64,000 nt of DNA from the human T2T-CHM13v2.0 reference genome, Homo sapiens. The position numbers were made by a program, and so were the translations under genes. The DNA is taken from assembly GCF_009914755.1 (NCBI RefSeq), contig NC_060936.1. One strand, 5' to 3'. Below are positions 1 through 15,180 of the stretch, piece by piece. Below the pieces are notes generated by a model. It searched no databases. It worked only from the letters and a program-made list of their open reading frames with translations, and had not been told where the DNA came from. Position 1 is the first letter of the stretch. Each line of letters opens with the position of its first letter.

Positions 1-2161
1 CATTGAGGCAGCGGTGAGGGCCCTGTTTGGGCTTGTTCTTGGAGAGGAGGAAGTTGAGTCACCCCAGACCATATTACTCCCTTTCACTTTCCCCAGGGAA
101 TTCAGAGACTTTTCCCTTTGGGAGGGGGAGAAGATGACCAGAACCCGCAGGGACTCAACTCCCCTGGCTTCAGCTGTCTGCTGCCTGCATCCCTTCACCC
201 CTTCACCCCTTCACCCCAGCATCTGATCATCTGTCCCTTCCCTGCTTCCAGGCCTTCTCTAGCCTGGTCTGGAAAGTGAGACGTAATATGGGGAAGACAG
301 CACGTGCTCTAGGGATGGGTGAGCTTGCTTCTCGGTGTCACCACTTCCTGTGTGTACAGTACAGAGCAAGGTGCTTAACTTTTAGAACCTTGACCTTCTC
401 ATCTATAAAATGGGTTGATGATGAGACTACTTTCTAGATGGGTTCAAGGAGCAACTGAAACACTGTATGAAGAGGTTTCAGGTCATTGTGTGGTGTGTGG
501 CGGGTGTGTTGGGGCCAGCTGAGTTTTGCATGGGATAATGATACCCTCTGGGGTGGCATAGCCATGCTCCTTGGCAGGACAATATGGGATGTGTACAGAT
601 TTTGGGTGTGCATGCCTGCGTCCTGTGCTCAGCCCCCATTTTTTCTGTGGGCCCTGGTTTTCTCTAGGCTTTGTTTTGGCTTTCTCTTCAGCAGAATGAG
701 GTGTTCTGTGTCTCCCACCAACCCCAACTTCCTCGGGGCAGGGAGCAAAGGACAGATGGGGAGTGAGCTCACAGCTCTGAGTGCTTTGAGATCGCAGCTG
801 AGGTCAGGGAGGAAAGAGGAGGAGGCGTGTTCTCTGCTTTTAGGATGCTCCCTTGAGACTGCATGTTTAAGCTAGATTTGAAACCTCTTACTGAGCTCTC
901 AAAAGGACCGCCAGGAGGAGACCTTTGGGGCCTGCAGTGGCCAGACTAGCTAGGGATCTGGTTGGGGCTATGATGGCCAGGACTTCTCACCTGGCCTTCT
1001 CAGGCAAGCCTGGGTGGGCCAGGGGTGATGGCGGTAGGAGCGGGCCTGGCTGCCTTCCTGAGGGCCTTGGCAGAGATGGAGTAAAAGATAAAAGTAGGAC
1101 CTGGGAATGGGGAGGAGGAGAGGAAAAACGCAAAGGGGAAAGGAAGGAGAAGGCACCAGGAAGGCTAGCTACTCTAGCACTGGGGGCTGAGCCCGCTTGG
1201 CTGGGTGCCTCGGGCCGCCTCCCTTCCTCTCTGCAGTGATTAAGACATCACCAGCTGCCTGTGTTCTTAGCCCCGCTGGCTCTCCGCTGCCAATAACAAA
1301 TGCATCTGGCTGGAATCTGGGTCATTAAAAAAAACAACCTGATATTTCTCTTTTTCCTTTACCCCCCGGCAATCCATCCTCTGGAATATAGCTGGAGCCC
1401 CCCAAAGAGAGGTCAGAGGTCGCAGAAAACCATGGTGGACATGTCAGCTGTCAGGGCCACTCAGGCAGCCAGCCAGCCACTCTTGCTGGATGTCTGTTTT
1501 CTGTTGTGTCTGAGTTGTTGTGAAGTGAAGGCCCCAAATACAGAGCGATGTGCCAGAGACAAGGGCTTACAGGTGGCCCTTCCCACCCGTGGGCGGCCGG
1601 GGGAGGCCGGACGGTGTAGTGGCTGTGATGGGGGCTGTGTGTGTAAGCTCGGAGTTGGACAGCCTTGGGTGTCAGTCACTGTTGCCTGTGTGATCTAGCA
1701 AGAATGTTCGACCTCTCTAGACTCAGTTTTGTTCCTTTTTGTGAACAATGACAGTGACATGCAACCTGCCCTGTGCGGTTGTTGAGTGGGATGCACAGGG
1801 ACTGTCCTGGCACAACACTCAAGGAAGGGTGGCCACTGCCTTAGTTTGTCACCATCATTATCCTATCTCTGTTGAGTGGCACCTCCTGCGGGAGCTGTGT
1901 TTGCTCAGCCGCAGTACCGACCCCCATCTCCCGGTGTGGGTCGGGCACCTGTCCAAGGCGGACCTTCTGTGAGGATGGAGGGAGGGCGCCTTCACCTCCT
2001 GCCTCAGGAGCCAAGAGTCAGCCAGACAGGCAGCTCTCTCAAATGGAGATCCTTTGAAGACTATAAAGATTTGTTTGTACATCTTTCTCTGGGATTTGAG
2101 AATATAGATGAGTAGAGAAAAATGGAGGGAAGGTGGAAGGGATGACTTAAAAAGGGAATGA

Positions 2162-2693
<532 letters not shown>

Positions 2694-3814
2694 TCAAAGA
2701 GGCCTTACTAGTAGTTACCTGTAACAGCTACCATTTCTGAAGCTGACACCGTGCTGTGCCGTGGCCCAGGCTCTGAACCTGTGCTACCTTATGTCTGACT
2801 GATTCCAAAGACTTCCGTGCTCTTAACCACTATTTTGCCCTTTACTGTCCCAGGCTGGTAACAGACCGAGGTGTCTCACTGGGAGTAAAGCACCCTCAGG
2901 GTTAGGCGTGGGTCTAGGGTGCATGGGTGGGCACCCCAGAGGCTGACCGTCACCTTCCTGACTCTCCAGCGGTGCCTGCATAGTCTGCGGCACAGCATAG
3001 CTCACAAATATTGGCCGAGATGCTTCTTTGGAGCAGGCAGAGGTGAAGCTTCGTCGATTCTGCTGCACCCGGGCCATTGGCTGGGAGGTGGAGGCATGGG
3101 AGAGGTCTGCAGAGGAATCCGATGTTGATATGTTTTCTTGGGACCCACTGGAGGACCCAAGCCCGGAGGCTTAGTCCTGCTGCCCTGGCCTGTGGGGGAT
3201 GTTACTGGTGTGCTGGGCCGGGGCTGTCTCAAGATAATATGAGACCTGTTTCCTGTGCTGCCGGGGAAGAGTGCACCACACCGCCCAGCACAGAGGGCTC
3301 TCGGTGGGAAGGCGGGCCCAAGGAGGGCTGTCATTTCTGGGTTCTTCCGTTCAGAGGCCAGGGCCCTTCCTATCTTAGACCTTGGATGAGGAACACATTG
3401 GCCTTTCCCTGTGAGGTGGTTCCTGACTCTGGGGCCATCCTTCATCCGTTGCTCTTTTCCAAAGATGCAGAGAGATATTTCCAGTCTCCTTTTATGGCTC
3501 GGTGACTGGAGAGCCCTGGAGACTCAGCATCAGGCTGAACTTTTGCAAGCCTGCTGGCTGTTGGTACGGGGAGGAGGGGAGAGAAGCCACAGGGACCGGG
3601 AGACTGGGTCGCCACCCTCAGCAGGTGGCCAAGACTTTCCAGGCTGTCCTGACTGCAGGCGTTGTTAGGGCAGTCCTCTTGTTGGGACCACGCTCTAGGT
3701 TTTGCACCCATCCTTTACTGGTCCCTTCCCTTATTCATTTATTCATTCAAATATCTGCTTATACTGGGAAAGACAAAAGCAAGGATGAAACAGTCTTTGC
3801 CTTGTCATGGCTAG

Positions 3815-4465
<651 letters not shown>

Positions 4466-6394
4466 TAAAGAGAAGTTTTAAAGATACCTGAGCACCTAAT
4501 TACAGCTTTCCTTTCGATGTTGTAAACCATGTTGTTTAAGGAACACGGGACAAGAGTGTATTGGAAAGAAAGCGGCCAGCTACCTTAGGTGCTCTGTTAT
4601 GAATGTATTTCCTTAGACCCACACAGGGTTCTCTAACTGTCTTTTCCTGAAAATTCTTCCAATAAGCATTTATTGAACTTTTACTATGCTCAAGGCACAG
4701 GGCTTGGTCCTGCTGGCATGCAGAAGGGGGGGACGTGGCCACAGCTGCCCTGGGAAGAGGGGGGCATGTGGAGGGGATCCCCATTTCCTATACACAGGGC
4801 CCTGGCTCCGTCACAGATGAGGCCTGGTTGGTCTTGGGTCCATAACTTGTACTTTCAGAGTCAGGAAGCAGATGCTGGCAGGCTTGGAAACCTCGTCCAG
4901 GTTGGACGGTGGTGGTAGCAGAGGGATGAGCAGCAAGTGCTTCCTGGGCATTTATCAGCACACGTCTCCAGGCGTAAGACCTTCTGTCTGCCAGGCTAAT
5001 GGGCCACCCCTGGCACCCCATGGCACTGCATTTGGATGGATTTACAGGGGTCTTGGCTCTCAGCCTCATCTCTGTTCCTTAAACCCGGCTGCCTCTCTGG
5101 ATGCTGCCCAGAGGTGACGCTGATCAGATTGTGTGGGGAAGCCTGTGTGATGGATGGCTCATTTTGTGTCCTGGGTCTGCAGCCCACATTCCTGCCAAGA
5201 GCATACCTGATGCAGGGCCCTTTCTGCAGTGGTCCTCAAGAAATATTAACTGGTAATGAGGACCAGAGACTGAGGTTCACCCGTGCTGGCTTCTTCAGGT
5301 CCTTGTTCTACCATGACTAATAGCCCTCTCCTTAAACCACCCCCCAGGTCCCACCCTGGGATGAAAGACCAGCTGACCCTGATCCTCACTGCAGGTTTGT
5401 CCTATGGCGGAGATCCCGAGGGGGCCCTAAGTCACAGCTTTGGCCATCCAGACCCGGGGAGCCATCACTGGAAAGTGCCTATCAGGCTAAGGCAGAGGGG
5501 TGGGGTGTGGGCGGGCTGTGCCAGCCCACCGGGCAGGTGAGGGACCTGCAGGAGCCGAGTGCCTGAGCTGTCCTCCCCTGTCTATTAACTCCCCATTAGC
5601 ATGCATCAGTGCCGTTGCCTCTATCAGTTTGATTTATGCCACTGCGGTTTTGCTTACAAATTAGAAGCCGCTATTGTGCTAGGTCGGCTTTAAAATCGAT
5701 GCAGAGTAATTGCAGTACATGGGTAGTTGGATGACATTAACATGAGAAATGTGCTGTAGTCGTCATCCTTGGAACAAACACGTCCAATTACAGTGAAATT
5801 CTGTGCCCCTTACCCGGCTAATTTGAACACAGCTCACCGCCAAGGCCTCCTCCAGCATGGCCAGCCCTGGGCAGAGATCGTCACGAATGGATTTGACGGG
5901 AATGGGGCTGGGGACTGTCATGTTGAAGCCCGGTGGAGATGTGGGACAGGGACCTCGTTTGTTCCAGAGCCTGTTCCAACCCTCCCTGGCTTTTGTGGCA
6001 TGTTTTCTATGCCGTTTGCTGCAAGGATGCGTTGGGCATGGAGTAACATTCCCGAGACCGTCCTGCAGTACTGCACGTGTGCGTGTCTGTGCTTTGGTTT
6101 GTCTGTGTGTCTACCTTGTTTTAGAGTAAAAAAGTGAATCTGAGGCCAGATCATCAGTCTGCACCTGCCTCTCCAGCAGTCCCTGCATTTCCTCACCTAT
6201 AAAATGGGAAGGGGAACACTCCTTATGGAGCTGGTTCAAGTATTGAGCGAGAGACCGGGACTACAAGTGTTTTCTAACACAGGGGCATGAATTCAGCCGT
6301 GGCGGCGGCAGCTTGTTAGGAGAGCGATCAGCCTAGGGGCTGATGGGGTGGCCAGGCGTCGGGATGGCATCCAGTCTTCTCTGTCTGCATGCTG

Positions 6395-6548
6395 GAGTCA
6401 TGTGAGAGATTTATAACAGAATAGGGATGCTGGGTTCCATCTCCTGAAATTCTGTGTCATTGGTCTGAGGAGTGTCCTGGGCATCTGGACACGGGAAAGC
6501 TCCCCAGCAGGGTCTCCTGTGCAGCCAAGGTTGAAGCTGCTTCCTAGT
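6395..6548. mobile_element. MER5-like hAT DNA transposon fossil
   Basis: gatgctgggttccatc...attctg...attggtctgagg...ctgggcatctg...aagctcccca...tgcagccaaggttga resembles MER5A/B; approximate boundaries. Confidence 0.6.
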
Positions 6549-9084
6549 CCATTTCTTGCTCTTCAGATGGATTTGTGCTTCTTTAGGTAGGACTCATCCT
6601 AGTAAAAAAAAAAATTTTTTTTCTGAATTGATAAGCAGGAAGTTCCTCCTTCCATCAAGTCAGAATCCTTACCGCCTCAGACATAGCCTACTCCTTCTTT
6701 TGTTAGCTGAGACATGGGTAGGTGGCCCTTCCATCTCTCTGTGTAGTAGGTGTCAGGCAGCATCTGGTTTCCCTTGGGACCCTTGTGCACTTACAGATGG
6801 GACCGGGAGGCTGTGGATGACCGAGGGTGGTGCTGCTCTGCTGGACACTGTGCTAGGCGCCCTCACGGGCTGGTGAAGTGGAGTAAGAGCCCTTGGAGAT
6901 CTGTGGAGCGTCAGAGAGGGGAGAGCAGAATGCAGTGAGTCTGGCCCTCCCTTTTTCACACACGAGGAAGCTAGGAAGAACCTACAGAAGGAAAGGAGCT
7001 TGGCTGGGAAATGCCAGTGAGCTGGGGGCAGAGGCGGAATCAGGACCCAGGCCTGGCTCCCGTTCAGGGTTGTTTTCCATGCTGGGGCAGCCCAGCTGGG
7101 AGAAGCGACCCCTGGACTGTGTATCTGGGGAAGCTGTGCCCAGAGGGGCAGGATCCGCGTGGTTGATGCCGAGCAGCCTGGGATCTCCGATGAGGCCTAG
7201 CGTCTGCTCATACCCAGATGCACGTACTGCGCCAGGGTGGCCGCGTGATGGGCGGGGGTAATGACAGCTGTCGGGTCTGGTTTGACGTCAGCACGGGCCC
7301 CCTGACAGATTTCCCGGTTCTGTCAGCTTCGCTTCAGCAGTGCTCTTCCTGTCTGGTAAAAGCAGATTTGTGTGAGATCGGCCCTCTTGAGGGGCTTGTG
7401 GGGGGCTGCTGCAGGGAACAGAGCTGTGGTCAGGATTACAGGGCGGCCACGCTCCCATGGCTCATCCCGATGGGGCAGCCAGAGCTTCAGAATTCATTCA
7501 GAGGTTCATCCAGCCACTCCACTGTGTGTGCAGCTGGTGGTGGGCACCTTTGCGGTGCACAGGATCCCATAGCCCATGCGGTCAAAGAGCTGCCATTCTC
7601 TTTGACAGTGGAACAGAGACAAAGAATCAATCATCCTCGCACCCTGTGGTCCGAGCTGGGTTGGAGGTAAACACAGGAAGCCGTAAGGGCACCCAGGAGG
7701 GGCCCCCAGCCTCCAGTTGGGGGACCGTGGGAAGGCTTTCATCCGACCCACAGCGCACAGAGGTGAATGATTTCAGGCGAGGCCTGGCTTTTTCTCCTGG
7801 TGTCTCTGTACCCTTAGCACCCGCCACTCCCCAGCCTGCCCAGGGGGCCTGGAGGACTGCCTCTCACATGTGCACGCACAGGACAGCCTGTCCTGTGCGG
7901 TGGCGGTCACAGCATTTTCTCTACCTTTCTTGAAAGTGAGGCCTGCAGAGACTGAAGGCGCTTGGAGGGAAGGTTGTCACACTCACGGTGGGGAGTGACA
8001 GCTTCTGGGCAGAACAGGAGTCATGCACGTGCAGAAGCGCTGGTCTGGGGGCAGTTTTCAGGCAGCTGCCAACCAAGCCTGATGCCTGTGGGATGGGGGA
8101 CCGTTGTTGCATCCTCGTGGGAAGATGAGCAATGTACCCCTGCACAGTGCCTGACTCATGCTTGGTTCCGGAGCTTAAGAAAGTGGGCAGACGGCCCCCC
8201 GCCCTCCACAATAACAGGAAGCCAGGGGCCGAGTAATTGCCTTAAGCCTGGGGAAGCAGAAGGGATTTTTTTTTTTTCAAATAGGTTTCGTATATCAGAG
8301 GGTCTTGTGACTAGGGCCCATCTTTACCCGTGGGCCACCAGGCTGAGAGAGGTGGACTCCCTAGAGAGGTGGACAGGTTCATTCTCAGCTGGAAGAACAA
8401 AGCCATGCCAGAAGGACCCAGAGGGACGGTCCATGTGCACACATTCTACCTGCTGGGCCAAGCTGGGAGCCAGCTGGGGACCGTTTTTTCTTTCCTTCTG
8501 AAGTCACAGTAAACCACACAGGGCCTGTTGATACTCTGAGCCTGACTCAGGGAGAGGGGTCAGAGTTGTGGTTCTGCTGTCTCTCCTGCCGAAGTCTGTA
8601 GGGAGAGGTGACATTAGAGGGGAGACTGGGGGAAAGGAGGGGACAGGGTTGCTCTGGCTGAGTGCAGAGGGAGGAGATGGGGTGTGATGGGGTGAGGGGA
8701 GGACGGTCGTGAGGGGCTGGTAGAGTTAGGAAGGCAGACATTTTTTATCCTCTAGTTGCACATAGCGGGAGAAACTCCTTTAAAGACCAGAGAAGATAAC
8801 CTGCCATTCTTGGTCTTTGTGCTTGGAAAGGAGTATTCTCAATTTGTTCACAAGTTCAAGGGGACGAGCCTGGGTATTAGGGAATGATCCGCTCTTGAAA
8901 GGTCAGATTCACATCCAAGAAGCCTTAGGAGGGCTTACTCCTGAATCCTCTGGCCGTGAGCATTCTTAAGGGGCCATGTAATCTTTTTTCCCTCCTTCTG
9001 GGTAAAATGCTGACTGCTGATTTCTTAGGGATGGAGGGTCCTAAGCCTCTGTAGGTGTGCTTGGATTTGAGGGTGTATATATAT

Positions 9085-9167
9085 GGCTGAGGCAGAAGGA
9101 TTGCTTGAGCCCAGGAGTTTGAGGCCAGCCTAGGCAACATAACAAGACCCCATCTCTTAAAAAAATT
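9085..9167 (+). mobile_element. FLAM/Alu monomer fragment
   Basis: ggctgaggcagaaggattgcttgagcccaggagtttgaggccagcctaggcaacata...ccccatctcttaaaaaaa. Confidence 0.85.
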
Positions 9168-9168
9168 T

Positions 9169-9221
<53 letters not shown>

Positions 9222-9222
9222 A

Positions 9223-9284
<62 letters not shown>

Positions 9285-9286
9285 TT
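9169..9286. repeat. Compound microsatellite (TA)n(TG)n...(TG)n(TA)n plus T-run
   Basis: Directly visible; ~100 bp of alternating purine-pyrimidine sequence. Confidence 0.97.
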
Positions 9287-9290
9287 CCCT

Positions 9291-9373
9291 CTTCGAACTC
9301 CTGGGCTCAAGCAGTCCTCCTGCCTTAGCCTGTCAAGCAGCTGGGACAACAGGCATACACCACTGTGCCTGGC
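9291..9373 (-). mobile_element. FLAM/Alu monomer fragment
   Basis: tcgaactcctgggctcaagcagtcctcctgccttagcc...gctgggacaacaggcatacaccactgtgcctggc. Confidence 0.85.
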
Positions 9374-10543
9374 TTCTCCTAATATGTGGTCTGAATCCTT
9401 CCCAAGAAGCCCGAAGGGTTTCCAACAGTATCCTTGATGGTAGAGAGAGGCCAGGTTATCCTCCCATTGGTTAGTGAGATACTGAGTGCAGAGAGGGAGA
9501 CCTGACACTTACCTGCATGTCTGGGTGGCTGAGGCTGGAACTGAATCCTCGTCCCTGGGCCTCTGCCTGTACCTACACTGCACTCTGTACTGTGTTGTAT
9601 CTGGCCCTCTGTATGCTGGCAGTAAACACCACAGTGGGCAAATCCAAATGATTGTTTAGTGGTAAAAAATTAAATGCAAGAGCTGAAGCCAACAGCAGTT
9701 TCATTGAACACAGGGAGACTAAGAGCCCCAGAGCAGCATCAGAAGTCATCGGCTGTACATGTGTCCTGGGCTGAATGTGTCCACCAGGGCTGCGCAGCCT
9801 GGGCCATTTTGCCCTGCTGGGGGCAGGCTTTGGAGAGCAGCTTTAACCCTCTGACAAGGGCTGGCTTCTGACAGCTCTAGGGCAGCCCATCATGGCCTGT
9901 GCTTCCTGGCCCTCTGAGACACTAAGGTCAGACGCCTGAAGGGACAAAGCTGTTTTTAGTGGGGAGACTCCCCGTGGAGGGTGAAATTTGCATTGCGTGC
10001 TTGGAGAGTGGCAAGTTAATGCTTCCTGGCAGCACCAGGAAGCCGCAGGTACCTGTGGACAGGAAAATGGGTCATGAGGGAGTGTTTGTGTGGCAGGCAG
10101 GCTTGCGTGCCAGGCCCGGCCCCAGCCTCCCCTTCTCACACGGACTCACACTCCATCTCCACTGGCCTCTGGCTCTTCCAGTCGGGCCACGTCCTCTCCA
10201 TGTGAGGCAGGGGACTTAGGTGTGCTCACTTGCAGCTGGGACTTGGTGTCCATGGGAGGCTTGAAGACAGGAGGAAGCCGGTTGGCAGGCCCCAGGGAGG
10301 GCTGGTCCTGCTCGGGTAGGCTGGGGTGGTACAGGTTTGACTTCTGCCGAGGTTATAATAACGATCTAACGATGACTGGTGTTCATGGGGTGCTTTCTGG
10401 CTCAGAAAACGCCTTCATATACGTCTCTCATTTGGTCCTTGTGGTCCTTTTCAAGGAAATAAGAAAGGCAGCTAAAATTCATTGAGCAATTACTATGTAC
10501 CAGGCACTATGCTAAATGCTTTGTCTGTATTAAAAAAATCCTT

Positions 10544-10867
<324 letters not shown>

Positions 10868-11203
10868 TCACATCCTGCTTTTCAGTCCCCATTTCACGCA
10901 TGAGGATACTAAATCTCAGAGGTGTTGGGGGACCAGTCACACAAGCACTAGGGGGAAGATCCAGGACTAGCTTAGGCAATCATTTCTGAGGCTTTGCTCA
11001 TGCCCTCCCCACCCCATGGGGTGGATGAAAAAGGCCCCACTATTGGCAGGCAGGCCTAGAAGTGAGTGCTCCTAGCTCTAGTGCTGAGCCCTGTGCTGCC
11101 TGGCTGCAGAGCAGCGCCCCGTTCTCCTTTCAGTCTCAGCGGGAGTTGATGTTGGTACAGTTGATGTTGCTGGGAGGTATCTTGGCACAGCTCCCTTCCA
11201 GGG

Positions 11204-11643
11204 TGTGTCGGTTTTCTGGGGCTGCTGTAACAAATTACCATACACTTGGTGGCTGAAAACAACAGAAGTCTATTATGTCACCATTCTGGAGGCCAGATGT
11301 CTGAAATTGAAGTGTTGCAGGGCCATGCTCCCTTCGAAGGCTCTAGGGAAGAATCCTTCCTTGCCTCTCCCAGCTTCTGGAGGCTGCCAGCATTCCTTGG
11401 CTTGTGGCTGCATCACTGCAATCCCTCATCTCCTCCTCCTCTGTATACCTCCCTTTGCCTCTCTCTCATAAGGATGTTCCTGTTGGCATTTAGCCCTCCC
11501 AGGTCATCCAGGATGATCTCCTTATTTCAAGATCCTTCATATAATCACATCTGCAAAGACCCTCTTCCAAATAAGGTCACATTCACAGGTTCCAGGGATT
11601 AGGACATGAAGTTATCTTTGGAGCCACCATTCAACCCATGGCA
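11204..11643 (-). mobile_element. MLT1 (MLT1C-like) MaLR solo LTR
   Basis: ggctgctgtaacaaattacca...aaaacaacagaa...ttctggaggccaga...aataaggtcacattcacaggttccagggattaggac...attcaacccatggca. Confidence 0.88.
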
Positions 11644-14600
11644 TAGAGCATCCCCAGCTACTGTGGGCACAGGGGACAGGGGTTGGGGGGTTGGTCCCAT
11701 TTCGGGCCCAGAGAGTTGTGGGGGCCACAAATCTGTACCAGCCTCCTACCAAGGGGCAGCAAATAGAATCAAGAAGATGAATCCCTGCCTTGGGTCTCAA
11801 CCTCATTGGTCTCGTGGCCTGGCCTTCGAGGTGCCTTTGACTGTGAACCTGCACTGGGTATGTGGCCCTCACTCTGCCTTCTTTCCTTCCATCCGTCCTC
11901 ATTTCACTCTTGTGTGGCTTCCTAATTATCTTGCTCCCAGCAAATCCCATGTATTCTCTCTCCCTTGTCCTCCCAGGATCAGAGGCTTTCCCCTTGCCTC
12001 TGGCCTGGCCGCCTTCTGCAGCATCCCTGTCTGGGGCTTACTGGCAAGTAGCTTTCACCAGGACCTATCCGTGTATTTGAGGGCTGTGGCCAAACTGAAG
12101 GCCCTAGATTCAGGGCTGGCTGGGGGTAGAGGATGCCTCAAAGATAGGGCTGTGTGCCATCTTCCTGCTGGGTTTTGCTGAACCCAGAGTGAGAGGAAGA
12201 AGGCCTGCAGCGGTTCATCGCACCTGCCAGGCACAGCTGGGGCTGACACAGCTGGGGCTGAATGCAAATGAAGCCCCTTCCAGCCATCTCTCTGCCCAGC
12301 AGCCTTCTCTCTGGCAGGCAGGCATGGTTGCACCAGCTTCCGTTGCATAGACATCTCAGGGACCCTGCTGCTGTGTGGGAAGCCAGAGTCCGACCTGGCT
12401 CCCCTGGGCTGGATACATTTGCCTCTTAAGCCCTGGGTTGGAGAGAATCCAGGGCTGGGTCCCCATCAAGAGACAAGAGCACAACGGAGCAGTGTGTAGA
12501 TACTTTTCTTTTTCTTTGTTTATTCCCCCTTCCTTTCTTCTCCTCCCATCATCTGTCTGGGACTTCTCTCCACGAAGCAGAAAACCTACTAGCTGGTTGT
12601 GTCCTGCATCACTCTATGGAGGCGTCCCCATCACTGGTCTCTCCCCAGGATTGCCCAGAGCCTATGGGGGACTCTGGGTGGAGATGCTTGGAAGGCCGGT
12701 GCCGGTTATAGGCATCACACGTTGTCCAGGAGGATGAATGTTTTTGAAGGTCAGCAGGACCCAAGTTTAGTTTCCAGGACTTCCTGGTGTTCAGCTGGAA
12801 GAGTGGATGAAAAGACAGGTCTTCCTGAGGCATAGTCTCACAGCCAGGCTTCCCCCTCCCTTGTGAGCCTGACTCCCCTGCCTGCATCTCACCGTCTCCT
12901 TTTTCCCTGCCTGCCTTCACCCCACCACCAAGAAGGTAGTGTTTTCTATTGTAGGGTGGCGCCCATAGGGACTTTTCTTTCATGTCCTGGAACTGAACGT
13001 CCCTAGAAAACAGTAAGTCATTTGCTTCTGCAAGCGTAGGTGCCCACGGAGCGCTCTTCAACACTTCGGAGTGTGGTCTTCTAAAGTGGGGGTGGCAAGG
13101 TTTCCTCAGCCCCTGGAGACCCTGCCTCATACCCAGGGGTTTTCCCCACACTGCTCTGGGAACTGAGGGGTAAGAGTCCATGCCGGCCTGTCCCACCAGC
13201 TGCCCTCAGTTATCTCCTTCCATCGGCAGCACACCCCCGTTCTCATCCACATGCAGCCCCTGCTCCGATCCTCAGTTCCCCCGAGGAGATATCAAGTTGT
13301 TGGAAGGCTCACCTGTCCTCGGCCCCCCTGGAGACCCCTGCAGGACTCCCTGGGGCCTCCTTGATCCCCATCTGGAGGCCCCCATTCAGTAGGATCTCAG
13401 TGCGTACCTTCCTGCCTGGAGGTGCGGAGATAGGGTTGGGAGCTGGGGGCGGGGGTGTATGCTATAAAGGGCCCAGTGTGACCTACATAAACCTTCTGCC
13501 TGGGAAGTGAAGGATGCCTTTAATTGGGAACGGTGCTTAGTCGAGAGAGTGCTTGCCTGGGTGTGTAAGGATTGTGGTTTTTTAAAAATAATTTTAATTT
13601 CTCGCCAGAGAATGCCATACATTCTTTCTTTCTACCCTGTGGAGTCTCTTATCGCCGCAGAAAGCAACAGAACAGCAGGTGCAGAAATGAGAGAGGCAGG
13701 GGAGAATGAAGGGAAGCGGGGCAGTCCCAAGTTCCCTAACTCTGTGACCTTGGGCCAGGCACTGCCCCTTTCTGGGCCTCAGAATTCCTGTCAGTTCACT
13801 TGAGCCCTAGGATACCTCTAGGCAGAAAATTCTGGTCCTGCTGTCACCACTGAAGACATCAAACATGCTCTGAGATGGGGAGTCAGCGAAGACAGCACTC
13901 CAGGCTGGACCTGGCCCCAGCCCGAACAGTCCTGCATCAGCCCCGCGTCACTACGGAGAGATGCCGTCGGCAGAGACTGAGAGGGAGCTAGTCAGATCCA
14001 GCCATCCCAGCCTGACCATCCCATGCCCCATGCCAGCCCACCCTAAAGAGGTCAACCTCAAGGGGCAGAGGACTGAGCCAGCAGGGGCGGGGTGGGTGGA
14101 AATTCACATGGAATTGGCCAGCCCCCATGCCAGGGCAACAGATGTTCGCTTTGGAGCCTGGATGGGGTTCGCTCCAGGTTGTGGGCGGGCGGCGCCTTCA
14201 GATGATCTCCCGGCTCGGGTTACTTGTTGGCTCTGGGCAGGGCCTTTCACTTTGGGGGCTGTCTGGCCTCCAGGATTCCTCCCACCTCTGCCTTTTCACC
14301 CGCTGTCGCGTGCATGCCCAGCCAGCAGAGCTGGCCACCTTGCCCCTGACGCTCTGAGCTCCCTGTGCCTGGGCCTGGCTCTCAGTGGGGCTGTCTCAGG
14401 CCAGGGCAGCGTCTCCCCTCTCCCTGGAAGTACCCTGCTTATCCTGATTGCAGCAGTACGGTTATTTGTGCCCTTGGAGGGATTAAGAGTCTGTAGGGCC
14501 TTCACCACGGGCCTCTTCCAGAGGTCCCTTCTGTCTGGTTAGGAACTGCAGTCCTGGATTTTTCTTTTTGGTATGATTCTTATGGGCCTGAGGATGGCAA

Positions 14601-15026
14601 ACTTTGGAATTTAAGTGGGCATAGAATTCCCAGCTACCAAGGTGCCCTTATGACCAAGTACCCGTTCCTCCTATATGGTAAATCCTGAGAAATGTGTGTA
14701 GTTTTCTCTTAAAAATATCTCCTCTCTTGATCGCTGGCTTCTGTTATGTTTTTTTTTTTTCCTACAGTGAGATATGTTTATTTTTAAGAATGCTTCCAAT
14801 AACCAGAGGATATGAAACCAGTTTAATTTTTTACCCCACTAAGAGATAAGGAGGAGTCAGAGGGAGGGATATGGACACAGCAAGAAGGATTTGGGTGGGA
14901 TCATCAGGGTAACTGAGGACCAAAAGCCCATCCCCTGCCCTGTTGCTTTCCGTCTCCTGCCTTCTGCTCCCTGCAATTGGTCCATGGAACTTTGAACTAA
15001 AAGAAAACTTAGAGGACATTAAATCG

Positions 15027-15180
15027 GGTGGTTTTGAGGCCAGCTTTGCATCGGAATCACCTGGGAAGGTTGCAGAACTATAGACTTGCAGTTCCTACCT
15101 CTAGCGACTGAGTTTGTTGGTCAGGAGTGGAGACTGGGCTGTTTGTTTAACAAGGTCCCCCAGTGATGCTGGCGCATCCA
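15027..15180. mobile_element. MER5A-like fragment
   Basis: gcatcggaatcacctgggaagg...tgtttaacaaggtccccagtgatgctg. Confidence 0.65.

Noticed and set aside
972-990. ATGGCCAGG resembling the TSPAN9 start (MAR...)
   Set aside because: Continues as TSHLAF rather than the Cys-rich tetraspanin N-terminus; the true start exon is outside the window
3488-3497. Perfect CArG box CCTTTTATGG
   Set aside because: An isolated degenerate 10-mer is expected by chance in this length, with no supporting cluster
13445-13470. GC box followed by TATAAAG
   Set aside because: No CpG enrichment, clear initiator or downstream exon; such pairs arise by chance in 64 kb
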